A DNA stretch of 63,521 nt, counting the filler, from Sphacelaria rigidula (taxonomy: Eukaryota), in NCBI GenBank assembly GCA_964200075.2. It is 10 parts of 10 records of this genome, joined end to end, with 100 filler letters (N's around TTAATTAATTAA, not from the genome) between each part and the next. Parts side by side here need not be neighbours in the genome. Positions count along the whole stretch, not along the records: positions 50,898 to 57,159 come from CAXNAA020021156.1; positions 57,260 to 63,521 come from CAXNAA020021157.1; 8 more parts are not named here. One strand, 5' to 3'. The notes below the pieces were generated by a model. That model was given only the letters and a program-made list of their open reading frames with translations, did not search any database and was not told the origin of the DNA. How positions within the stretch are numbered: position 1 is the first letter of the stretch; each line of letters opens with the position of its first letter. Below, in pieces: positions 52,049-63,521 of the stretch. Both the position numbers and the translations under genes were made by a program.

Positions 52049-52329
52049 GACACAAACCGGGTAAATTTCATCTTATTTCGGACACTCTCTCTCGACTATT
52101 CGCTTTTCAGCAACGGCAAGAAGCTGAAATCAAACCATTGCTGACACCAATATGTCGTAATGTGCCAGATGATCTCGCGTTGCGAACAGCAAGACCACAA
52201 CCCAGTTTCAAATATCAGCTGATAAGCTTGACTAACAATAACAATTGCAAACTCACAGAGAGCTGTTTACCGTGAAACCAGTATGCGTGAGCGCCGCAAA
52301 CGTCTCCATGTCAGTCGGCCGTGAAAAAT

Positions 52330-53460
52330 TGCAAAAAGAGCAGGCACTCGAGTACGGACCTCACATCCGATATATCACCGACGAGAACGATTCAACACCA
52401 GAGAAAGAGTCGATTGCATCCATGTCATACTTTTCAGTACAATACGGAGTGCTTTTTAAAATCATACCTTCCGGGGCACATGAAAAAACGAAGTACATTC
52501 CGTGACCAACTAGCATTACCGAAGTCTTTGGTTGGCTTTGTGCTACACTCATATCATGACCATGCGCTGTCCGGAGGCCACTTGGGATTCAAGATAACGT
52601 TCGAAAAACAATCGCCACAAAAAGTACTGGGCATCAATGGACCGCGATATCAAGGATTGGTGCCCTGAATGTCAAGAATGCCAACGCCGAAAAACGGCCC
52701 ACAGCCGGCCAAACTTACCGATGGGATCCGTTCCAGTAGAACAACCATACGAAGACTATCGGCAGATCTGGTCGGATACAAAACAGCTTCGATGTCAAAC
52801 GCTGGAGTACTATGTAAATGTGCACTGTCCGTAATGAACCACCTCACTAGGTGTGCCCTGCTTGTTCCGGTGCTCAATGAAGAGGCTACGTCGATCGCCG
52901 AAACTCTCATTGATTGAGTGTTCACCACATTTGGCATTCCGGAAAAGCTGCACTCCGACCAAGGCGCCGAGTTTGAAAACAAGCTAATATATGCACTGCA
53001 ACCAGAGGTGGGTTTCAACAAAACTCGCACGATACCGTTACGCCCGCAAGGCAATTCAGTGACGGAACGAGTTCCCTCTACTATGCACGCGATGCTAGCT
53101 ACGCATATTTCAGTTGGAAACAAAAATTGGGCGCTCCTGCTCCCGTTTGTGCAAGTGGCGTACAACACGTCATATCACAACACGGTGCACGAGACGCCAC
53201 ACCTTTTAATGTTCGGAAGATAGCTTAGATTGCCAGTTGGCTTCATCTTAACCCTTAGACCGCAGTGCGGGTAGTCCATCTAGATCACGCACACATTTGA
53301 CCTTACGAGACAAGCTTTAGGAGAAAGAGCGAATGAGCAAAGAATCTAGAACAAATAAAAAACACACCCAGTGTCCAAAACCCGGTCAAAACGTGCTTCT
53401 TTACAGACCGTACCAGGACTCAAAAGGTCAGAATACGAAACTTCAATTACCATGGAGAGG
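52330..53460 (+). pseudogene. Gypsy (Ty3) integrase, disrupted
   Basis: HHCC finger 'HDHALSGGHLG...CPECQECQRRK'. DDE core 'SADLVG', 'FGIPEKLHSDQGAEFEN', 'RPQGNSVTER', then 'WALLLPFVQVAYNTSYH..VHETPHLLMFGR'. Contains frameshifts, stops and a piggyBac-MITE end at TTAA 53248. Confidence 0.93.
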
Positions 53461-53699
53461 AGTGTAGACTTCTGTCACTCAAGATCAGATTGCCATGTGG
53501 ACTCCTCCTATCACGGGCACATGGACTTCAGCAGCTTTAGTTATTCATATATTAACCCTCAGCATAGTACAGGAGAACAGGACCATAGCCTCTTTTCACC
53601 AGAGTAGAAAAACCGGCTCTACTCGTCATGGAGGTCACCATCACAGAGTCCGGCAATCAGACCCGCAACTCCACCTACAATGTGCCTGACCTTAGGTAA

Positions 53700-56300
53700 C
53701 AATGGTGGCCAGAGTCTACAGCACTCCCAAAGCTCTCTACTACCAACAAGTAGTTATATCAGAGCTTAACAAACTCAGACATCATTGGTGCTTGATAGTA
53801 CCGTCGTTTCCCGCAAATAATAGCAATCTCTTCCGCTGCTTTCGACAACAGCTCCATACAAGCTTGCCTCACTTCCGAAGATCTCGCAAGAGATCCCAAG
53901 AAAATATCGTCCATCATGAACATGCAATCACGCTACTTGTATCACTTCGAGTTACAAAAGCGATAGCTAGCGCCGAATTCTCAAATGTTCGCCCACAACA
54001 AGTCCCTTGACTCTTCATCGGCACGAAACCGGAAATACCAGCGAACGTCCAATTCAAGAGCATTCGTGACTCATCGCCCCTCTCATCCGACACAAGGTAC
54101 TTATCAACATACAAAATGCACTCTTTGTACGTTCAACACCTGCGCAACGGAGTGTCACAGCCAAATAATACATCACCCTCACGCTAGAAGGAAATAAGCA
54201 CCCAACACGTCTAAAACGCACCTGGCCTCTTGCCTCTGCAACACCGTAAAATTGTGTGCATCGCATGCCTCCCCGCCGTCAAAGCTTCAATGCTTCAACT
54301 TGTCATCGTTTCATTGAGACAATCAAAAGAAAGCCATGACTCAAACCGCGATTCAAATCATGCATACTAATCCAACGACGGCGAACAGACCTCGACCTCG
54401 GCCATCATTGATCACCCCTCGTGATCTCGTTTTCGAACTCTTGTGTTCGAGCAAATCCCGGACATTTCTATATCTCGTTTGGATCTTGGACTGTCATATC
54501 CCATCCGTACATCAGCCAAAATGTAAAAATAATGAATTTCTCGACACTCTTGCAGTCCCCCTGCACCAGTTCTTCGAACAAATGGACGCCTCATCCACAT
54601 GATCCTTCTGACATGAACGAAAAAACAACCACGTGCTCGTTCAAACACGTGACAATCCATACAAAATGTGCCACGGTCAAAGATCATTGATGCATGCGCG
54701 TATGCTGTCCTTATCTTCAACCACCGGAAGCACTGGCGTCATACCTGCTCACATACAACGAGCCTACGCATTTCGTATCTTTCAGCTCATTTTCACGCTA
54801 ACAGCAGATGTCACCGTCTCCTGCAGTCGGTACGAGCCTACGCATTCCGTAGTTATTTGCTCATTTTCAAGCTAACAGCAGCAATCCATATATCCTGCAA
54901 TCAGTACGTGCAAACCGCACAAATATGATTCGACTGTGTCCCTGCGCGAACAAGATTACACGAGCTTCTCTTCGTCTCGCATACAGCAGTATATTGAAAA
55001 CTACCCCACCCGAGGTCGTCACCAGATACCATTCATATCAGTACCATTCAAGCAAAAATTCGCACGTGCCTGCCAAAATTCCACTCAGCACATAAAGATC
55101 CGCACATGCATCCCAATATTTCACTCAGCACATGCGATGCCACCTTCCTCGCAGTAAGCACCATGCATCGTCCGTGCCAACCACATCAGCACAACATATA
55201 CATGCCAAATATACACGTGTACGCCAGGGTTTTACCCTGCACACGCGATACGATCATACTCGCTCAACAACCATGTTTCATGCGCAAGCATGACCACAAA
55301 CCACACAATAACAAGCTGAAATCATTCTCAAAACGACTCGCGAATACCAGTCACAAAGTGTTTCCTCATTCTCAACGAGCGCTTAATCATCACAGCACTT
55401 GCTCCTCAACATCAGTACCCAACCCGGCGCTCACTACAAGAGCAAGCACCTCAGGTAATAATGCCTTCTTTGTGGTCCTTCAACCCGCTCCTGAGAAACA
55501 GCAGCACTCGAACCACAGCCCCGTGCACAGCGTAGAGCATCCTTTCCTCTCGGACACTCGCTCCTCGCGCCAGGAGTCTAGCTACACCTGGCACCCCCAT
55601 GGTGTAGCTCAAAACGCCTCTGAAAGGTATATTCGCACCGCCAAACCAATGCGACAGATCATCTGCCTCTACAGATACTTGGGCAGTACTGAACACCTGT
55701 GCTTCAGTCAGTTTTACAGAGGAAACCAGAGGCAAAACGGGAACAGCTATACAGTCCCGCATAGCAACACCCCCCAATGGCACAATGTAGCATCTGACCG
55801 TACAGCGACAAAGACAACGCAATCAACGCCGCCAAATACGCCAAAGCTGTCCATGCATACAGCAGTGCACACGACCACGCCAACACCACGCGACGCTCGT
55901 CGTCGCCGTCAGAGTAGTGATTGCTGACAGCATCACGAGCTTGTAGCTCGCTCTGCGTACCCGCTTCACGCGAGTCACACGCCCCGACTGTTTCGATCAT
56001 ACAGGGCGTGTCCACAGCTACGCGCTGGTCCGGCGGCAATCCACAGCTACGCGCTGGTCCGGCGGCGATTCCGCCAGCCCAGCATCCACCCGTCCTTCAA
56101 GCAGACACCCCTGCGAATCACCTGAACGATCTCCCGCCATGTCACTGGCGCGGATAGATTCACCATGAGCATGACAAGCCCCACGCTCACCCTGCTCGCT
56201 CGCAATACGCGAATGAGACCCACTGCAGCTTCGAGCATGCAGGAAGTATCTCCAGCTACGCGCTGGTCGGGCGGCAAGAGGCAACGGGGGCCTCCGCCCA
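53700..56300 (-). pseudogene. Decayed Gypsy gag-protease-RT relic
   Basis: Minus strand: protease-like 'VPVLPLVSSVKL...VEADDL' (55451-55822) and RT-like 'MFMMDDIFLG' (about 53900-53925). Repeats of CAGCTACGCGCTGGTCCGGCGGC at about 56014, 56044 and 56253. Confidence 0.5.
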
Positions 56301-56382
56301 CCTGTACTTGCTCATTGGTGTAGGCCCCGCCCGGTCACTATCGCCAACAGCAGCAGCAGTGTCACACATGCAGCTACAGCTC

Positions 56383-56715
56383 TCACAGCTGTCCCGAAAA
56401 CCAGTGTGCAATGCCCTGCACGGCAGGTACCAAACCCATCCAGGTGTTGGCATCGCGTCTTCCTCTCTGCATTATGACCTTAAAGGTCCGAACAATGTCA
56501 CGCACCATTCGCTCATATTCACGATGTGACAACCGCGAGTTGGCCACCACGAATCTGCGATCCATCAGCACCTTCTTGAGCACTCTCACCACACGATTCT
56601 CATCTTCTTGCGATACCGTATCGCTGACCCATCCCTCCTGCGGCCCCAGCGCTTTGCACCATGTCAACAGATGCTTCGCCGTCGTCGCCGCCGTACAAGA
56701 CTCCGCGGGCGCCAA
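56383..56715 (-). pseudogene. Gypsy integrase core fragment (second lineage)
   Basis: 'LLTWCKALG...WVSDT...NRV...FVVANS...ERMVRDIVRTFKVI...W..LVPAVQ' matches the D-35-E half of an rve domain. Confidence 0.75.
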
Positions 56716-57091
56716 CTGCGAAGTGGTGTAAGTAGCGTGATTACATGTTCATGATGGACGATATTTTCTTGGAATCTCTTGCGAGTTGTTCGGGAGTGGG
56801 GCAAGCTTGTATGGAGCTGTTGTGGAAAGCAGCAGAAGAGAGTGCTATTCTTTGCGGAGTTTCGGGGGTGCTGTAGAATAGTCCACCTCCAGTACACGTA
56901 CGTGCAGGTTTATGATGATATACAAGTGGAACAATCTGCTGTAGGCGTTTTCCATTGGTTAACGGACGTGCGGGTCTGATCGGCAGACTATTTGAATTTG
57001 AACATCACATGCTTCACGCATGTGGTTACTTCCGATAACGAAGGCTGTGTGTTTATGAATAACAACTTCTTGAAGTCTTTTGTGACAGTTT

Positions 57092-57159
57092 AAGAGACTA
57101 CCAACTAGACTACTGACCAGTCAGCGCTGACTGGTCAGGAGTCTAGTTGGTTGTCTCTT
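57092..57159. repeat. 68-bp near-perfect palindrome at scaffold end
   Basis: AAGAGACTACCAACTAGACTACTGACCAGTCAGC|GCTGACTGGTCAGGAGTCTAGTTGGTTGTCTCTT, 2 mismatches, no loop. Confidence 0.9.
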
Positions 57160-57259
57160 NNNNNNNNNNNNNNNNNNNNNNNNNNNNNNNNNNNNNNNNN
57201 NNNTTAATTAATTAANNNNNNNNNNNNNNNNNNNNNNNNNNNNNNNNNNNNNNNNNNNN
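57160..57259. other. Artificial scaffold-joining linker
   Basis: N44-TTAATTAATTAA-N44. Confidence 0.98.
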
Positions 57260-57292
<33 letters not shown>

Positions 57293-57428
57293 GTCATCAC
57301 CATCGTCATCATCACCATCGTCATCGTCATCATCGTTATCATCGTCATCATCGTCATCATCGTCATCATCATCATCATTATCATCATTATCATCATCATC
57401 AACAACAACAACAACAACAACAACAACA
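57260..57428. repeat. (ATC)n/(AAC)n microsatellite
   Basis: Directly visible. Confidence 0.95.
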
Positions 57429-57455
57429 CCGATGACGCTATGCAGGGACGCGTAC

Positions 57456-57546
57456 CTCGGGGATGAACCGACTCAGCACGTACGTGGGTGTTACTCTCCA
57501 GTTCCCGACATTCGTAGAACACGGGCCATATACATGTCTCGATGGC
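57456..57546 (-). CDS. Candidate further exon of the GH3-like gene
   Basis: Acceptor TTGCTTATGCTCTAG and donor GAG|GTACGC; phase fits exon 59720-59476; peptide PSRHVYGPCSTNVGNWRVTPTYVLSRFIPE has only weak GH3 resemblance. Confidence 0.35.
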
Positions 57547-59475
57547 CTAGAGCATAAGCAACAACCATCGATACGTTCGTTGAACCACGGCTTTCACGTA
57601 TTCCTTCCTCACCGGTGGCGGACCTGCTTGGCGCGACTACTTCCACCTCTCTCTACAGGCACAACTGCGACTTGTCAACATGAGCGAGGTCAGCTAACAG
57701 CTAACCCGAAGAAGTACAGTACATGAACGGACAGAGTATCATCTACTCCAGGCTACAGACGCTCCAACCCCTGGCAACGAACGGCAATGAAACACCAGAG
57801 GAGTACCGATACGATTATAAGGGATGTGGCAACCCTTCCCACATACTTTCACCGACAACGGGAGTGTGTCACACATCACACATCACACATCACCTTCCGC
57901 ACGGCTCCCACGCTCGAACTTCTCGGACGTCCTCTCAGTCTCGAACTCGCCAGCCGAACCTCAGATTCCATTTCTCCCCCGGCTACACTCCTCCTTTGCC
58001 GCCTGACCCTACGTCAACAGCACATCGTAAGCCAGTGAACGGCGGGTTCGTCACTGGTTTATTAGTCGGGAGGAACGTAGTGGTAATCGTCTTGTTCCAG
58101 TATACCTGGATAATAGACATCTTCCCTCCTACTTTCCACTTAAACCGTGGAACGGATTCATCTGAATCCTCACTGTGCTTTCACGCGTAGCTCCGTGTCC
58201 TACCTATGACGAAGGATGTTCAGACCGCTACAGATTAATGTGGGAATGGTCCGTTGATTATAGGTACTGCCGATGTCATTTCAGCGCAGTATTGGACTTA
58301 AGTGTAGACATCGAAATCCGGATCTTTGAAGGGGGCTGTGCTCCTGGCGTGCTTCTAGCGTGCGCATAACGTGTTTTAATCTAAATCGGCGCCTGGGGCG
58401 CCGAGTTGAGGTCTGCCAACGCACACTTCGCCTAGGGAATACGCTGCACCCCCCTTGCTCGAGGGTTCTCGGTACGTCTTCGTTGGGGTTGGGGTGAGGA
58501 TAAGGGTTAGGGTAAGTGTTATTCGAAATGCATCAGCACCTGCACAAACCATTAATTTCCGAGAAATATCTGTCAACCACCAATCGGTAAAGTCACCTCA
58601 ACTAAAGTCACGTTATGTCTCCCACCCTTTTGCGGCCCGCCTGGATCTGCTTGATTTTGATTTATTTCTTCGTTGTCCCAGATTTAGGAGTCCTACTAAG
58701 GTGCCGGGCGTGGTCACTATAGACGTCTCAAAGGGAAATAAACGGAGACTTTGATGAGTGGGTTTTCTCCGCGGCAGAATCGTGTTGTCTCGGAAATAAA
58801 TCGTGAACCGCGAGCCTTGGTGAGCGAAAAATCCTGAAGTACAAATAGAAAAATACGATGTTGCGCAACTTTTGGTTGAAATCCACTTCAACATGCAGAG
58901 CGTACTGGCCCTGTACCATGAAGGCAGCACGATTAGAAGGAGAAATCGGCTTTTGATTGCTGCTTCGGCCGCGCAGCGCCTACGGCGCGATCCGCCCTAC
59001 ATGACGCTGGGGGTACACTCTGAAACGTCAGATTTGTCGTATGAAAGAGAAGCCATATGTAGCCCACCGTCCACTGCCGAAACGTAGGGATACTAGGAAC
59101 TGCCGCCAAGACTTGTTGAATGGATGCCGGTAAAAACACTCGAAACGAAGCCGAGGTGTTGATGTTTTTGTCCGACTTCAGAATCTGTGCAACATTCACC
59201 TAAGATGTGTGTGTCACGCCATAGGGGCTACACCTCCAAGCACCATATACAACATTTTCCCCATATATATGTTTCATGTACAGTACGGGTGAGTCATCAC
59301 CCAGCCATATTTTCCGCCCGACATCATCCGATTGAACCAACACATAGATGTATGCCCCCTCCATCACTGTACCAAGTTTTTCGACGTAGAATAAATCCAT
59401 TCATGCGAGAAACGAGGAAATCATATTCCAAGATACGCGGGTGGCACGCCGAAATGCTCCTTCCAAGCAACTCAC

Positions 59476-62201
59476 CTGCCAGCCGCAACAATATCGACGT
59501 TATCCGCTGTGCCGGGCCGCTTCCTAGAGGCGTCCACCCTCTCCGCCATAGACTCCTCTCGGTCTGTTTCTGAAAGGTGTGCACTGCTGTTAATGCTGCT
59601 GCTTCTGACATCGTTCTTAGAAGGTGCGGAGAATTTTCCGGATGCCCGAGCGTGGAACCCGAGGACGCGTAACACCTCGTCCAACTGTTGCGCTCGTTTC
59701 TTGTTGGGAATCATTAGAGTCTGTTCTGCCCGTTTTGATTCAGTGTGCGGCGATGCATGTGGGTTTAGAACAAAGCAAATGTTTTACCGTAGAAAGGGGC
59801 ACATGAGCTCGATTGCGAGACAGCGGACACTACGCGATGATTGCGGATTAATTCACACATTGTAAAACGTAGCAGAAAAAACGTGTCGGGGAATGATGGA
59901 ACCGAAGACCTCAGATGAAATGCGTAATACACATTTTCATAGCGTATACCTAGACCCATTAAGTCGAAGCCCTACCCGCGATTCACATCCCGACCCCAAC
60001 CGCCCTTCTGTCCGTGTGTGGACGGGGTGGTATTCCTATCGCGCATATTTGTTGAACGAAAACATGCAAGTCGAATAGTGTGTTGACATTCATGGAAGCG
60101 TACATTACGCATTTTTAACGGCCCACTACGGCTCAGGATAAACCCCTCCAGGGCAACGTTCGAGTCGGATTAGGAGTGCGGTACTTGTTGGGGAGCGATC
60201 ACATGCGAGCCATTAAAACGCCCGACAAACCACCACACCAAAATAAATTATAAATTAACCGGCAAGTACTACGTCGGTTAGACCGAAAACATTATTGCTG
60301 CTCGTGGGCCGAGGCTACGCGCGTGTTACGCGTCACGTCGTTTCCCGCTTCGAAAGTAAGCGTGACGTACATCAAATACTCTTGACGTGCGTAAGTTTGT
60401 GTGACCCGGCGCACCTCCACTCTCTCCCTCTGGTCATGTGAAATAGGTAAGTGAGGGTCCAGGCGGCCGTTCCTGATGTCCTTGACGAGTTTGCGCCAGT
60501 GACGCTCGAAAAACACCGCGTGTCTGCCCGTGTAGGTGGACCGAAGGTGCGAGAAGGCATGAAGAGATAGATATAGATCGAAACTGTTCGAGGCCGAGGC
60601 TCGCTTAGCGGATGAGAAATTTCTCTTCTGAAATATTTTTGATTTCAATGTCGATCACTGATTTGACCGCGACAAGGTGAGATGTCATCGGAAGGGTCGG
60701 GAAAATCGCCAAAACTGACGAAATATGACGGAAACATCGCTAAGAAGTAAAACACTATTTTATATCGGTTCATCTCCATTTCTTGCCGCACAAGAACCCC
60801 CCCCCCCATGGTCTTATGGCTATATGGCATGCATGATCATGAATACTCCCCCCCCCCTCCTCCCCTCAGGAAAACTGTGAAACGCATTTTTTTTTTTAAC
60901 ATGAACCTTACGGCCATAACGCGGGCACTGAGTTTAGTTGGTGGTCATGCAAGCATAAACAAGGATACGCGCAAAGCACATGCAGATTTAGTGACAAAAT
61001 ACCGCAAGCCGTTTCCCCCTGTAGGACTGTCGCGAGGGTACCGTGCATCAACCACTGGCGCGGGCATCACACAGCGCACGACATCCTAAACGCGCGTTTC
61101 TCTATCCCTTCACTGAAGTGGATGGCTTGCACAGACCTACCCCTCTAAGTACTAAACAAATGCACTTCCTGACCAGCGGGAACGGGGCACCGAGGGCGTG
61201 CGTGACGGGCTCAGAAATCTGCTTCACTCGAAAGATGGTCGATAGACGTGACTTTTTTCTCGTAGTGACACCATATTTCCGCCGGTGGTTGATTGATTGA
61301 TATACTGAGTGACTGTTGCACATGAACAGATGGATCTCGAAGGGAAGCAGCCGTGGTCACATTATAGACCTCAACACTCGCTGAATGGCCGACAGTGAAT
61401 GCCGGGAGGGCGACCGATCTGATGGTGTGTACGTGTAGCGACGGCGACCATGCCTCGTCGTGTCTTCATGGTCGACTAATCCCAACGCCGAAATAGCGAT
61501 GTGTCTTACGGCATTGCTCTCCACTCTCTACCAGCTGGGCCCGTACCGTAGTCTCCTCTCACCAGCTTAGCGGACGAAATGAGTGGAGTGATGAGTACGT
61601 CTCAACCACAAAACAACGCTTTCCCTGATCTCAAACTAATTATGCACGATGACTTTCCTTGTCGACCTCATGACCCTCGATTGCGTGGATACTTCTTCAG
61701 CGGCTTTCATCGACTCTGTGCGCCAACAGCGCTGAATTGATGTGCCATTTGCCTCCGTGTTGTGATCCTTGAACTAGGAGCTGCGGATGCACAGAGTTGA
61801 GTGGAAGCCGCTCAAAAGTACGTACGTAATCGAGGGGCATAATGCCGGCAGGAAACATTTTTTGGGTTTCATTAGATTTTGTTCAGAGAAAGCGCTGTTT
61901 TGGTTTGAGACCCATTTCGTGACTGGAATGTGTGAGGATTGTCAGACGAAAATTGTCCCTTGTACGAGGTAGGCTGTACTGGGAAAGCAAGCGTGCGTTC
62001 CGTGACAAAAAAAACAAGAAGTTCTACTCACCATTCCCCGTGGCTTTAAGGGTGCCCTTCTGTGATCGTGTCATGCTTCAGTAAGGTACTGCACCTGGCC
62101 ACGAAGTTTGTGATCTTCTTGTTATCCTCCAGTAACCCCAGTCGTGTATCCGAAAGGGACCTGAGCAAGTACAGGTACAGCCCTACAGGATCCATCGTTG
62201 C
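59476..62201 (-). CDS. Partial multi-exon GH3-family (acyl acid amido synthetase-like / GH3 domain) gene. Exons 62201-62095, 60523-60415, 59720-59476
   Basis: CAG/GT boundaries with compatible phases splice to ATMDPVGLYLYLLRSLSDTRLGLLEDNKKITNFVARHAVFFERHWRKLVKDIRNGRLDPHLPISHDQRERVETLMIPNKKRAQQLDEVL... The motifs 'LY..LL..L', 'E.HW..L..DIR.G.L' and 'PN..RA..L' occur in GH3-domain order. Confidence 0.78.
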
Positions 62202-63521
62202 CTGCGAGTTGAGATAGAACCGGCGGTTCGATTTCACACCAAGCGTTGAAAACTACCCAAGCGACGCCACAAATTTCACATGAAGCGATATAAGAAATGC
62301 TGAAGTGACCGTTCAGGAGGCATATGTGAGCGACCGTGAGGGGAAGGGGAGGGGGGGGGGGGGGGGGGGGATTTTTCCCGGGGCCTTGGTGAGAAAACCA
62401 AAAAAAAGGGGGAGGTTTTTTCTTTACTATGAAGANNNNNNNNNNAAAGGAGAGAGAGGGGGGGCTGGAGGGGGGGGCGAGGGGGCGTGAATGGGGGAGG
62501 TAGGGGGGGGGGGAGGGCCGCAGAGAATCTTCTCCGAGACTATCGTACGACATCGCAATAACAGGGAGAGATTTTACCTTACACTGTAGACACAGTAGAA
62601 CATGGCGAAATATATTTTCAGAGCTTCAACGTGACTTTACCAGCAATCTACGCCTGAGAAACATCACCCCAACTCAAAACATTCGGGGCTGGGCTATTTC
62701 CCGCAGCTGCAGTCATACTCCATAGATGGGGGAGGGGCGACGGGGGGAGGAGAGGGGGCAGGGAGGGCGTACTCATCATCTTGCATGCCGTAGTCGTGTG
62801 GCCATTGACCACGACATAGGTATGCCCCCTACCATCGGAGGAAGCTCTCTGTCTTTCTCGTCACACCACTCCGATCTAAACTTGATAAAACTGCGCGCGC
62901 GGGGGGGGGGGGGGGGGGGGGGGGTGGGGAACTTTCAATTCTTTGTATCTCTTTTCAGCGGTCGGTTTCATTCTCGAGCCAACCTTAAGCACTCCTCCAT
63001 TGACGAAGGGAATGGGGTCCGAAATGGAGAAGCCGCGGTGAACTTCTTTCTTGCTCGGCACGGCCGCAAGAGATACCCTCCAGTCCGACCGAGCTTCGTT
63101 TGCAGCAAGATCGGCTTGCACTGGGGCGCCACGCAAAAGTGCGGGGAAAACAAAGACGCCGACGGGGGAAGAACGCTGGCACGATCAGAACATGTTTTTT
63201 TCTATGACCAGCAGGTGGTAAACTTCATTTGAAGTTTTTTTTTTCTTCAAAAAGCGACAACGTGAAGAAGATCACGTTCACGTCCTCGTATTATCAGATA
63301 ATTACCTTGTTGCTGACCTGCAATACTTTTACAACCCATAAATAAAATAGGTGGATTCCCGCAACCCCTGATGTACGCCGACCAGGGATGTCTTATTCAG
63401 AGGGAAAATATGATGATGCTGTGTCGTTCAAGTGAGATAGGCTTATTCAGCTATGGGTAACCCACCCTACGGTCGGGGGGGGGGGTGTACTCATGATCGT
63501 GCATACCCTAGTCACCTTGGG

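Noticed and set aside
55106..55927. 273-aa ORF, the longest in the window
   Set aside because: His/Thr/Gln-biased antisense frame of a decayed retroelement; no recognisable domain.
58613..58750. 'LRLFPFETSIVTTPG' as the GH3 LWP exon
   Set aside because: Phase fits, but the acceptor is weak and the frame runs to a stop without further GH3 similarity.

Overview
This is not contiguous genome. It is ten unplaced eukaryotic scaffolds (one of 6263 bp, nine of 6262 bp) joined by an artificial 100-bp linker (N44-TTAATTAATTAA-N44). Short GT-AG exons in kb-long introns, TTAGGG repeats and the transposon types suggest a stramenopile, probably a brown alga (inference). Most of the window is repeats and decayed transposons: a DIRS/Ngaro tyrosine-recombinase retroelement, Gypsy and Copia relics, tRNA-derived SINEs, and Tc1/mariner-, hAT- and piggyBac-type MITEs. 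Three partial intron-containing genes can be spliced by hand: a Zn2Cys6-like transcription factor exon, four exons of an IQ-motif/TPR-like protein, and three or four exons of a GH3-family protein. The most unusual object is a 1695-bp non-coding element (6527-8221) with perfect 24-bp terminal inverted repeats (TIRs) and an 8-bp target-site duplication (TSD). It carries about 25 palindromic CAATATATATTG repeats at a 42-43 bp period, separated by mutually different, mostly GC-rich spacers. This is a CRISPR-like repeat-spacer architecture inside a eukaryotic transposon, and it directly abuts a 329-bp-arm inverted repeat. Its function cannot be determined from this window.
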